A stretch of 64,000 nt of DNA from Azolla caroliniana (taxonomy: Eukaryota > Plantae > Polypodiophyta), in assembly GCA_043228905.1 (NCBI GenBank), contig JBHGNT010000022.1, positions 10,850,001-10,914,000 on the forward strand, read 5' to 3'. The translations under genes and the position numbers were made by a program. The notes under the pieces are model-generated. The model was not told the origin of the DNA. It did not search any database and saw only the letters and a list, made by a program, of their open reading frames with translations. Shown here piece by piece: positions 13,384 through 25,435 of this stretch; position 1 is the first letter of the stretch; each line of letters starts with the position of its first letter.

Positions 13384-14749
13384 TAGACATATGGTGGAAA
13401 TTTAGCGAAAAACTCTTTGTCGTATGTTAACATATGGAAACTATGATTATTTTAGCAAATCATCATGGAGAGCTTTGGGGAGTCTATCACATGCTAGAGG
13501 TATTGGAGAAGTTACAAAGAATAGAAACATAAAAGATATTGTTTTTGTTGTATACAACAAAGCATGTTTGATCCAATAGAAAATCAAAAACATATTTCCT
13601 AAGTTATCCATAACATTTAATGATATCAAATAAAGTTATCAATCCCACGCTTATCGGTAAAACAAAAGCCAAGTGCTACCAGAGAAACATGTATATGAAT
13701 AAAATAGGGATCCAATCATTTGTGTCTATAAACATGGATTGGAAATGACACCAATAGTGAACATTGTGAAACGATAGTAGGAAAAGCTCGCTCCTTTGTA
13801 TTTGGAAAGTCGTACACGCGTAATGAAAGAGGCATGCATAATATGTGAAGAGACACCTTCCTTCTTCTTTTTTGTAAGTCAAAATGAGATTAAGAGGTTG
13901 TCTATGTTAACCAAGATTCCTTTGGTACAACTAACCATGATATAGAATGGAAACTTGTGAAAGTTTGTTACAGCAACAATTCACATGCTACAAATGTGTC
14001 TCTAAATATTACATCAACTGAGATTCATTTGGGTACTAATATACATTATATGAAATGAGAACTTGGGAACGACAATAAACATTTGGTTAGAACTACTTTG
14101 AGTATTACTATGATACCAAATTGGAACCTAGAAAAGTTCAGTTCAATTCTTTATAGTTGTGTTAGATACGTGACATAAAATTAGAACTTAGAAAGGTTGA
14201 CGACAATCAGTCATATCTCTTTTGGGTACACACATACATGATAGTCAAATTGGAGGCTGGGAAATGTGAAGCATGACAACTAGTTAGAGATATGTTGAGT
14301 ACCCATATACATGATATTCAATGCAGAATACGAGGGAAATGTGCGGAGTACAACTTGTGATGGCTACTTTGGGCACCAATATTAGGATATCAAGTCGAGA
14401 CCCATGGCACTTTGGCACCAACATATAGGATATCAAGTTTGGATCCATGGCAAGAAAGGTGGAGTATGACATCTAGCCAAAGCTTCTCTCAGGAATGATG
14501 GTGGTACACGGGACATTGAATTGAGAGCCCAAGGAAGGTGACCGATATGTGGAACCTACACGAGGAGACCAATGGCATGTTAGGAAATTATTGGAAATAT
14601 ACTCACTCAACCCCCCTTAGAGTAGAGCAAAGCAAGGCCAAAATTAGGGGTATGTATACTCACGATCTACTCATATACTTTCTGCATGCTATTACCTCTA
14701 TGGTCGTGTCTATGTTTCTAATACTGTGAAATGATATGATGTTGAGAAT

Positions 14750-15270
14750 TTTACCCCCCAATTGCTTACGGAAGATTTTTTTTTGGATTTTCTCTATTTC
14801 ATTCCATGCACTAAGTGAGATAGTGCGACCCCCCACTTCCGCTTCATAAAATCAACATTTGGAGCATTGTGGCATTGGGTAACATTAATCTCACTTCCCA
14901 TCCTCGAGTATCATTTTGTAGGTTGCACTGATTTTGATCAAACAAATAAAAACTATTCCAACCCACTTGAGTCTTAGAGACTCGTAGAATGCATTACATC
15001 TATTTGTTGATTGGACATTACTACCAAGATATTTGAAGCTTTGAACCCCTTGCATTGGTTCTCCCTTGTATGTCAATGTGGAATAATGTTTTGGTTATAT
15101 TGCCACCATTTTTGTTTTATCCACACTAACAATTAGCCCATTGACTTGACAAAAAGTCCTCAATACATCAAGTAAGCGTCGCATTTCGTACAAAGTATAT
15201 GAGGCTAATCAAATACATCATCGGGATATAGATGTACAAAAATAGTGATTGTATAGGAAAAGCTTTGCCC
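14750..15270 (-). mobile_element. Decayed non-LTR reverse transcriptase fragment
   Basis: The minus strand encodes LYPDDV (YADD-like), VSVDKTKMV and VQSFKYLG (ORF 14891-15076). Confidence 0.65.
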
Positions 15271-15962
15271 TTCATATTGGAAAGTCACACATGTGTCATG
15301 AACGAGATGACTTCCTCTTTGTTTTATTAAGACAAAACGAGATTAAGAATTTGGGAAAGGTTGGAGACAATCGGGTAGAGCTGCTTTGAGCATTATCGGA
15401 TTGGAACCTAGAAAAGGTCAATGACAATTGGTTACAATTGCATTGGGTACATGACAATATCGAATGAGAACCTAGAAAAGGCCAACGACAATCATCAATG
15501 GCCAAAGCTTGTTTGGGGTAAGAATATACACAATTGTTGATCTAGGATGAAGATAGATGGAGCAAATTACCCATATCATTGTTGTTGGGGATAGGGAACA
15601 AATCAACATCTTGATATGATAATACATCCCTTAGGGAATAACGACGAAGTCCATCCAAGAGGAACAATTCTTCTCAGAAAGTGGCGAAACGTAGAAAAGA
15701 CGTTCATCATGAAAGCCATCATGATGATCCGGCCTTCATGCATGATGATGAAAACCGCTTCGCGCCTACCCTACAAGCCTTATTCGTTCGTTGGCCAAGT
15801 TAATCAAGTTCGAGATAAGAAGTGAAGTTGGCCAAGCGACAATGTTTTCTTGTAGGTGTCGTTAGAGTGCTTCAACGGGACACATGGTAACAAGGCAGAG
15901 TTATTTTTGAGTACTAAGACAAGAGATACATCCAATGATTCGGGGGCCCGAGAGAGAGTAAT

Positions 15963-16398
15963 TAAGAATCGGCAATGGTTCGGTTTGGTTTGAGAGGGTC
16001 AAAACTGAACCGTTAAATTTTTTTGAAACCTGAACCGAAACCACAAAACCGTTAAAACCGAATCGTTAAATTTTTTCAAACCGTTAAAACCACGGTTTCG
16101 ATTTTCAACTTAGGTCAAAATTTAAAAGATTTCTTTTTAAAAATTTTTAATATTGTAAAGATGTTCCTAAAATGTGAGAATAAGGTCTAAAAATGAAAAG
16201 ATTGTTTAAAAACAAATTTTAATTAAAAAAAAAAAACCATTAAACTCTTTAAACTACGGTTTCTAATTGTTGAAACCAAACTGAAACCGAACCAAACCGT
16301 TAAAAAAAAACCCTGAACCTAAACATGAACCGAACCGAACTGTTTACACAATTAAACTGTAGTTTCATGGTTCGGAACCGAACCGTTGCCAATTGTTA
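15963..16398. mobile_element. hAT-type MITE (AACCG-rich)
   Basis: TIRs TAAGAATCGGCAATGGTTCGGTT / AACCGAACCGTTGCCAATTGTTA. Perfect 8-bp TSD AGAGTAAT at 15955-15962 and 16399-16406. Confidence 0.9.
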
Positions 16399-16580
16399 AG
16401 AGTAATGACAAGCTCGTGAGGGTTTAAACGTTGGACATACCGACGATGAGAAGGCGGAGCCACTTCCAAGCCTAGAGCAAAGCAGGCCAGGCCAAGCCAG
16501 AGGAGAGCAAGCCAAATGATGATTCTGGTCAAGATAAAATGGGCCAAATATGTAATTTTTGGGTGCCTCTGTGTGACGGC

Positions 16581-16786
16581 TAGGAATCGGCAACGGCTCA
16601 GCTCAAACCTAAACCAAATCACCAAACCGTGGTCTGGGGGTTTAGCGGTTTGGGTCGGTTTAGGCTTGAGCTCGGTTTGGGATAGCTCAATCCGGTTACC
16701 TAGCCGGTCAAGGCTTAATCGGCTTGGCTAAACCGGTTGGACGAACCAAGCCGGATAAGCCTAAACTGAACCGTTGCCGATTCGTA
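16581..16786. mobile_element. Related AACCG-rich MITE with duplicated right terminus
   Basis: TIRs TAGGAATCGGCAACGG / CCGTTGCCGATTCGTA. The right end is repeated at 16860-16907. No TSD seen. Confidence 0.75.
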
Positions 16787-17002
16787 GGGCCCTCTGTTTC
16801 TTTTCTCTCTCTGTCTCTGTCTCTCTCCAAAAGAATCAGAGAAACAGAGAAACAGAGCAGGACGAACCAAACCGGATAAGCCTAAACCGAACCGTTGCTG
16901 ATTCGTAGCGTCTGTTTCTTCTCTGTCTCTGTCTCTGTCTCTGGAAAGAATCAGAGAAACAGAGAAACAGAGCGAGGGAGTGAAAGAAGGAAAAGGAAGA
17001 GG

Positions 17003-20000
17003 ATGGATATGGCGTCAGAGCCGTGCAGTAATATTCTCGCTGGCCTCCCTTCTCGTGGATGCTTCTCCTCCTCCACCTCCTCCTCCTCTGCATCCGTTTC
17101 TGCCCCGGTAAGCTCCCGCCCTCCATTTTTCTCCTTCTGCAGAAGAACAGAAAACATCCTTTCATCCTTTTGCTCTTTTTGTTGTGTCCACTGCACTTGC
17201 AAACAGCTCTCTCTCTCTCTCTCTCTTTTCCCCCCTGTTTTGTCGTATTGATTTCACCAAGGCCCGTTTGTCTTTCCCTCTGTTTTATTGGGCTGATTTC
17301 ATGAAGGCTTGTTTCTCTTTGAGTCGATCATAATTCGATTCCATTCTTGTGAAGAAGAAGAAGAAGAAGAAGAAGAAGAAGAGATACGTTTTGGTATTCT
17401 TTTGGTTTTCCCTCTTCTGCATAGAAGATCTCTTTTGTCTTTTTCGAATATAGGTTATTGATTTCCTGAAGAACAGTTTGATTGAATCTGGTGTGGATTG
17501 GAAGGTCCTTCTATTTCTCTAATGTCTACTGGGTCAAGATCTCCCTCTACCTCCCTATGAATCTTCTGTTTGTCATTGTCATTCTGGTATATCTTATGAA
17601 ATAAGATGAACATACTGCTCTACTATGCAAGATCATGGAAGACCAACAGTGTTTGGAACTGTTCTTTCTAGACCCCAAGAGACATAGAGAGGAGTTAGTT
17701 GAAGGACAAATACAACCACACCAACTTGGCTGCAGAGAACAATCAAAACTTTCTTTTGCCACATTCACTATTTCTCATGCTACAAGTAAATGAAGGACTA
17801 CACATTTGGATTATCCATCTTACTATGTTTTCTCGTCTTTGAGAATAAAAACCAAAATATATACAACTAAACATCTGGTCCTACAGAATTTATATATCTA
17901 AGAACTTAAAAATTAGATAGACTTAGACTTTGTTCTTCGAAAAATCTCCAAGATGGAGAGATCTCTGAAGCAAGGGAAGCACCTTCGGTGTCAGGTGATA
18001 ATGGCCTTTATTTGTAATTGAGATGGGTGATGAGCCCATGGCCTAGATGGTTGTGGGCGCACAACACATTGCAATTGCCTGATTTATTGTAACCCCTGTC
18101 AAGTGTCTGGGTGTTCCACACAACCATAGGATCTTATGAAACGTTCACTGCTAGTTTGGAGTAGTGGTCTAATCCCCAACAATGATGCCAAACATGTAGC
18201 ATCTTGTGCTTGACAAAAACTGCTTCTTACTTGGGTATTCTTCTTGAGAAATACCCTGTGGTTGGTTTATGGGAAAGTACCATTGTTTGCCCTTTTGGTG
18301 GTGATACACATGAGAGTGATTATCAATCACTCTTGACCTAGTAATATGTAAGCGAACTACTAAAACAAACTCTAATTTTGCTCTATGACATAATCACCTT
18401 CACACAATGGCTGAACTTATCATTTGAGATTAAGAAAACGATCAAGGAGCTTTGAGGAGCTTCATTTTCATCCATCTAAGAAGCCATGTTTCTTCTTTGA
18501 TGTAATAAACATTTGGAAGTAGAGTTTGGAGTGTAATTGGTCCTCATTGTAGTATCATTTTGCAAGGATTTGTAACTCTTGTTTGACATCACATTATGAC
18601 CTAATATCATTAGTTCATTCTTTTAGCTGAAAAAAATCTGAGTATAAGAAATAATGTGTGAGAATTTAACAGAATTGTCCTCTTCGATAAAATGTCATGC
18701 ATGTTTTCCTTTCTTCACAATTTCTTCTGGGAGCTCCATGTCATGTCATCTCCAGGAGTGATAGAATCACTAACTATAATAATTTTCTCATTATTTTATG
18801 TTTATTCTATTCTGGCCTTTGTAGGAGGTAGAGGAGGATTGTTTGCAATATATGGTCTTGAATTGTGAGATTATTCTTCTAGGCATGTAATGCTGGCTGT
18901 TGATTTTTACAAGTGCAAGACTGACACCTATTTTAAGCACGAAGTAGCTTTAAATAAGTCTAAAGAAGTGTTTTTAAACAAAGTTGTGTATTTTGCTTAC
19001 TTCTGTGTGTATGCCGTACTTGGAAGGGGGTTGTCATTTCACGAGTCAAATCATGATGTATAAGAAAGGAGCATCAATAATTCTAGAGCTACTTATTAAC
19101 GAAAGAGTATTTAGATGAAAGCTGATTATTGGTAAATATGTTGATACCCTTAATGTTTGTTCGTGCTAGTTCTCATCTTGTGTTTGAATCGTCTAAACTT
19201 TTCTCTCTTCTCAAACATAATTTTACTGATTGTTATTTGAATGAGAACTAATTATGAGTAAATATGCTGATCACCACCCTCAAAATTTGTTTGGGGCTGT
19301 TTTAAAGTGATCCATATTCATTCACACTGGAAGCTTATTCATAGAGAACTTCAGTTTTATTTCTCCTTATACATAAAAGAACTTCACGTTTTCATTGTCT
19401 AGAACCATTGCCCTTCCTTCTAATGCTTACCCCAAAATGAATTAAAACCGGCATAAAACTATCCAAGAAAAAAGATTCTAAGAAGGCATGAGTCTGAAGG
19501 CCAAGCATATGGAAAAAAATAAAAGAATATCGGCATATTTGGAAGGTAAACCCTTGTGCTAATCCAGTGGGAGAAACCTGTAAACCTTCTATTTGTAATG
19601 AAAAAGTCATTTGCTAAATACTGCATCCTTGTGTTCCCTATGTATATTTACCTTTTTCACACCCCTAAGCAACATCAGGAATATGAAAATGTTTAATTTG
19701 TTCTGGGGTCAGCCTCACATCATAACGTGTATACTCTTTTGCTATGGCTGAGACATCTTTGTGAGGGAAAAATCCTGCAGATAACATGAAACTAGAGTTG
19801 TTCTTACTAGATACAAGTTACAACAATGATATGATTTGAAATTATGTGAACAAACTGGTTTGAATTTGCAGGCCGGCCTACGATTATACATTTGTGATCA
19901 TGAAACAACACCTCCAGGTATGCATGTGCAATTTACTCAAGTTTTTTATATTCTCTTTTGTGTTTTGAGCTTTGTTTCCGTGCATAAAAACATGCTATAA

Positions 20001-21634
20001 AAAGAACTCACAAGTAAGTGGAGGAATTCAACTCATATAATTGATATGCTCAACTTGTGCTCAAGCTATTTGAACTGTCTTGAATTAGATATTTTTGCAT
20101 GGAATCAATGTAAATTGAGAGATCTTTAAGTCACTAGCTTTGGGCTTCTAGGTTCCTGAGTCTACGACATGTTAGTTTCACATTTATCTACAATATTAGG
20201 TTTTGATTAATACACGAAATGTCTGGCACAATCATATCATGGGTATTCAATACTATGTAGAATTTGGGTAAGTAGATCTTTGCAATTTTCTAAAAGTTTC
20301 CAGATATTAAGTTTGAGTGTCCATTCTATCTTGTAATGGTCAAATTGTAACTTGATTTTTCATATTTATGTGGTAGTATTTGTTTCCTATTATGTTTTGA
20401 CATTGTTCTGATTAATCCCTTGCAGCCCTTAGTATATAAATATGTTTCAGTATGTGCAACTAATTATATGATTTTTAACATATTCAAGAGTGTCCAGAAG
20501 TTTAGCATTGGTAAACTTGTAGGAGGTGAAAAATAAATGCACCATGTCTCCCAATATATGACTATTCCTAACAGTATAGCATTTCAAGTTTTTGCTTTTC
20601 TGACATTTTCTTCCTTTTGCGTTCATAGAGGATCAGATAATCAAGACTGATCCAACAAACATACTAATAAGATCGTTGACCATTAAAAAATCAAAGGGCG
20701 AATCAAGAGCAAAAGAGAAACAGAAGCTTGGCACTGATAACGCGAAAGGGAAAAGGTATAATTCACAGCTAAATTCTAATTTCCATTATAGTTGTTGCTT
20801 GTAGAAAATTATCATTCTGCTTTACTGGTACAGATCTGCAGAGAGACTGGCAGATGATAAGAGCTCAGCCAAAAGAATGAACATAGGTGCTGCATCCAGT
20901 GTTCGAAAAGGTAGATAAGTCTTGTATAGGTATATTTTATAAGACATGCATTTTCAATGCTCATGTGTATTTTTCTGCAGAAGGTGGATCCAGTTCTCTT
21001 TCGGAAAAAGATATTCAAGGCTGCACAGTTGAGAAATTAAGGACAATGCTAAAAGAAAGGAATCTCCCCAGGACAGGAAAGAAGGTATTAAATACTTTCA
21101 ACTGTGTACAAGGTATTATCAAATGTAGTTTGTAACAAGAAATTATGATTGCATGAATATCGAAACCTACATGGACAATTTTCAAAAAACGCAGAAAATA
21201 CAAGGGGTTGACCTCTGCTGTATCATCTATAAGTCGTTCCTTAAATCAGTACACAGAACTTCTCTTTGGAATGTAGCTGAGCATTGAGTTTTTTTCATGT
21301 AGCTGAACACTCTAGGATTCCTGTAAAAGCTCATGTAGGATATCACTATGATTAGAAAGAAAGTAAACATGCCAATATAAGGGATATGCATTAATACAGC
21401 ATATCACAAATGAGAGCATAATTATTTCCGTGCTGCTGTATGTTCAACCTTCCTTAAAAGTTCTGGTGACTAAGGTAGTTACATACTTATGGTCAATGTT
21501 CTCACTATGGTATTTGCAAGAACTTTTAAGGAAGGCTGTTTGCTAATATGATAAGGATCTAACTTGTGATGACATTTCTCTTCTTTGGATGACAGGAGGA
21601 GCTCATTGCAAGGCTCAAGCAAACTTTGAAGTAG
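17003..21634 (+). CDS. DDA1-like N-terminal region plus C-terminal SAP domain protein, 165 aa. Exons 17003-17107, 19872-19917, 20629-20755, 20834-20910, 20981-21084, 21596-21634
   Basis: All introns are GT-AG and the phases join into one 498-nt frame: MDMASEPCSNILAGLPSRGCF...[28 protein letters not shown] (DDA1-like)...TVEKLRTMLKERNLPRTGKKEELIARLK (SAP motif). Confidence 0.9.
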
Positions 21635-23075
21635 GAGGCCAAATTGGTCTTTCTCGAGTATGCTACTAAGTAAGAGATGTGTATACTTCAATTTGAGGAG
21701 CCATTGTCAGAACCTCATCAACAAATGATGATATTAACATGGGATTTAAGTATCCAGTGTGTTGCGGTGGTTGCCTTCTTTAGTAAAGATTCAGAGGGTG
21801 GACAAATAGATAGATGGAGAACCTCAAGGTTTTTCTTCTCTTCTTGTTTCATTTTTGGGCATTTCTTTCTTAATTTTATGAAGAGAAAAAGAACCCTTCT
21901 TTTGTCTGCATTGTTATATGTTTCTGTCGAATTGCCGAATTGCTTGAGAAAGTAATTCCATGACAGATAGAGAGGAAACACTTTACCATCATATGACCCT
22001 GAAAGGATCATATGAGTCGGGATTGATCTAAGTTTTTTGGTGATCAGTAAAATGACTCGTGTTTGCTGGAAGATTTTGGGTTGTAAATATCAGGAAATCA
22101 TAGAGTTTGGGTGGAATTCAAACGATGTAATGTCTGGCTATTCTTGTTAAATCTGATTCATAGTGAAACAAATATCTTTGTATGGCACTTATTAATGGCA
22201 GGCAAAATTTGTTGAATGATGGATGGTGTGTATTAAGGATCACAATATCCTTTAGCAAATTGTTTGTTGGAAAAAAATTGTCACAGTTGAGAAGCCACAA
22301 AAGAAAACATGAAAAAGTTGAGGTGAATAGAGAAAACTCGAACTATTCTGGGTAACCTAAAATATTTGAAGCTCTTCATTTACTTCAGCACATGAAAGCC
22401 CAAGGTTCAAAAACCAATTTGATCTTCAAGACTTATATATTCCTTTTGGGAGAATTGTTTTTAATCCTTTACTTTTCACACGATTCTCCATGATCCTCAA
22501 TCACAAGGGCTAATTCAAGGCAAAAAATATTGAAGAGTTTACCTTGCATCTTTCAAGAGTTATCCAAACAAAAATGGTTCCAAAAATAACATAAATACCA
22601 ATTGAGATTTCCCCACAAGACAGATGTATAATCAGAGAGCTGAATGCCACAAAGGAGCACATGTTCAGTTATGAAACATTTCATCATATAGTAGATATGC
22701 AACCACTGTTCTTTCCTAGTACTACATTTCGGCGTTTCTAGATATATTGTCTCCTATTCCCAAAGTTGACTTGCAGTAAAATAAATTTCTAAATTAAGTA
22801 ACATTCTTAAAATTGACTACAGATATCACACAACCAGATGGTTTGCCATGATTCAGTTTCAATCGCTTTGACACAAATCATTGCATGATTGATTATCCCT
22901 GGTTGTGTGATACTGACAATTTCCAGATTTTATTTAGGTGCTTATACACTTAAGTTCGTGTATTTTGTGAGTTTTGGCCTAATCTTGAGGTTTCCCACCA
23001 CAAATTCTAAACTGATAAAGACATGCAACCACATTCTAAACTGAACAATGAACCATCACATTATGCAAACATCTT

Positions 23076-23446
23076 AGCTCAGGAGTCACATAAATTGGAA
23101 CACAACCACCTTGAGTTGGGTTTGTAGTATAAGACTGCACCATGAAATGCCTGAGAACAAGACCATCTTGAGGTTGGTTTGCAATGCAAGATTTCACCAA
23201 CACATCCTGGGATACAACTATCCTGGGCATGGAACATATATTCGAGCTTCCCATGTATATTTGAATTCATAGCTCAGGAATTACATGCCCTGGAACACAA
23301 ACACCTTGAGTTTGGTTTGTAGTTTAAGACTTCACCATCAAATGCCTGGGAACACCTTCAGGTTGGTTTGCAATACAAGATTTCACCAACACATCCCAGG
23401 AATAACTATCCTGGGCATGGAATATATATTCGAGCCTCCTATGTAT
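23076..23446. repeat. About 195-bp diverged tandem duplication
   Basis: AGCTCAGGA...CAAGATTTCACCAACACATCC...ACTATCCTGGGCATGGAA...TTCGAGC at 23076 and 23271. Confidence 0.85.
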
Positions 23447-24185
23447 CTTTGAAGTGATTGTTGGTTGAGAGGTTTCTAATATCTATATAATGATGATACT
23501 GGAAATATTTGTTAACATGATAAAGACAGCATTGTTCATAATACCAGTGTACATTTTAACTTTCAGTAAGCAAGAAATATATAAATATCCTAAAGCTTCC
23601 TTTCATTCACACCTCTCAAACATCGACAACATAATTATAATATTAATAATCGCACAATCTCAGAATCCAGGGACAAAAGAGGACTCTTCAAATTACACAC
23701 ACACACACGATGACATATCATTGTCTTTTATACAAAAGAGGACTCTTCAAATTGCACTCAATGTTTGTCTTCCTTAACAAAAAATAGTTTCAAATCACCT
23801 AAACATGAATTAATTATTTTTTTGTTTCTTCTACAAAATCAATACAAAAGTCCCCTCTCTATTATATATAAAAGACAATGAAACCAACCTTAAGTGTTTT
23901 CAAATTAGAAAATAAAAAAGTTCAACCGCCAGAGTAAAAAGTACCCATGGCATGGAGGATGGGACCAGAGGAGTAAGTAATTCAAATACCCTTGAGCAAA
24001 ATAAAGTTGAGAATGGGGGCAAGCACCTCTAGAGCTTAAATGGCTCTAATAAATCCAGATCCCCGAATGTTATATACAACTCAGCCTATTGCATAAGCCC
24101 CCATAATGCAAAAGAAAAGCATGTCTTCTTTATTTGATCTTAACCCTAAATAAAACGGCACCTTTTCTCAAGCGCAAAAAAGAGG

Positions 24186-25435
24186 TTATGAGGTTTCTTC
24201 CTTAGTCAATACTGCTCCACTGTCTTCATTTCCTTCAACTCCATCTGTAGTAAGAGATTTTGAAACCAATAAGTAAATCTCAAGAACATTGTGATTTTTG
24301 TTATATTCTTATTTTTATTGGGCACATGCACATATAAAGTATATATATGGTGTACCTTCATTCTCTGAGCTTTCATATAAAGAACGTCTCGCAGGAAGTG
24401 GTTGATGCTGTGTAGGCTGTGCACAAAATGACAAAAGTTTGGCGAAAGAGAAACAAATAGACCTTTAGATGAAATAAATCCACGATGGAAAAATTTCAAT
24501 GAATGCTATTTTGGATCCATGCTTTTGCATCCAACTTAATCAACAAATGAGAATATAACCCCCTAAATATCAATGTAATGATAGATAAAAAGAAAATACA
24601 ATTTCTCAAACTTGGGGCAATGATGTACAACGGAACAGGATTCCTAGAGATTGATGTAATTCATGTCTTCTAATTTTTAACAAAACTACGCTTTCAGAGA
24701 AGAAAAAACAAAAACAAAATGAATATGGTACCTGAAGTTTGGGTCGAAGAGCTTCAATCAAAGTCTTGGGCTTTTGACCGGGTTGCTCTCCCTGTTTCTG
24801 TAGTCAAAGAAACAATACATCACATCAAGTTCTAATATCAAAGAAGACTTCACCATAAACCCAAAACCACGAGACACTAACCTTAATATCCAGAAAGAGC
24901 GTTTAACAAGTTAAAATGAAACTTGCTAGCCTACCTTTCCTAAAGCCCAGTCGGCCGAGTCGAAGAAAGCACGTTCATGGTCCTGCATTTGAGAAAAATA
25001 CACTTAGATGAAAGAAACAGCTCATAATTTCACATTCGTTTACAACACCGCCACTATTATCTAGCTTACTTTAGATATCAGTGGAGGCTTCTTGGGCAAA
25101 AGACCACCATATTTCTTCTTTATCGCTAGTTCCTGTATGTCACAAACCACTGATAAAAATTCATCCAAACAATTCCAAGTTTTTTGGGATAGCAATTCCC
25201 TTTGTTTACCATAAATGACAAGATTGATCAAATATTAATAATAAACCCTAAAATCAAGCTTTTCTTTTAATCATGTTTCTTCTGCCTAATATGCAACAAG
25301 GAATATATAATACACCTGCTCCTCTGCTGAGGGCATCGAAGATATTGTTGCTTCCTCGGCAGGATCCTCGCTCAAATCTGCATTTGTCTTCTCTACCTCT
25401 CCCAAATCCACCTTTGTCTCATCTGCCTCTGCCAT
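24186..25435 (-). CDS. ENSA: Endosulfine/ARPP19-like (cAMP-regulated phosphoprotein 19 family) protein, 138 aa. Exons 25435-25316, 25132-25070, 24982-24935, 24797-24732, 24416-24356, 24244-24186
   Basis: GT-AG introns, 417-nt frame. Hallmark KKYGGLLPKKPPLISKDHERAFFDSADWALGK and EALRPKLQPT. A probable 5'UTR intron runs from donor CAG/GTAAG at 29491/29490 to an acceptor at 25450. Confidence 0.92.

Noticed and set aside
17953-17994. ATG-initiated exon-like segment (MERSLKQGKHLRCQ/GT) in intron 1 of the SAP gene
   Set aside because: No family similarity, and the upstream exon already supplies the conserved N-terminus. It cannot be supported without transcripts.
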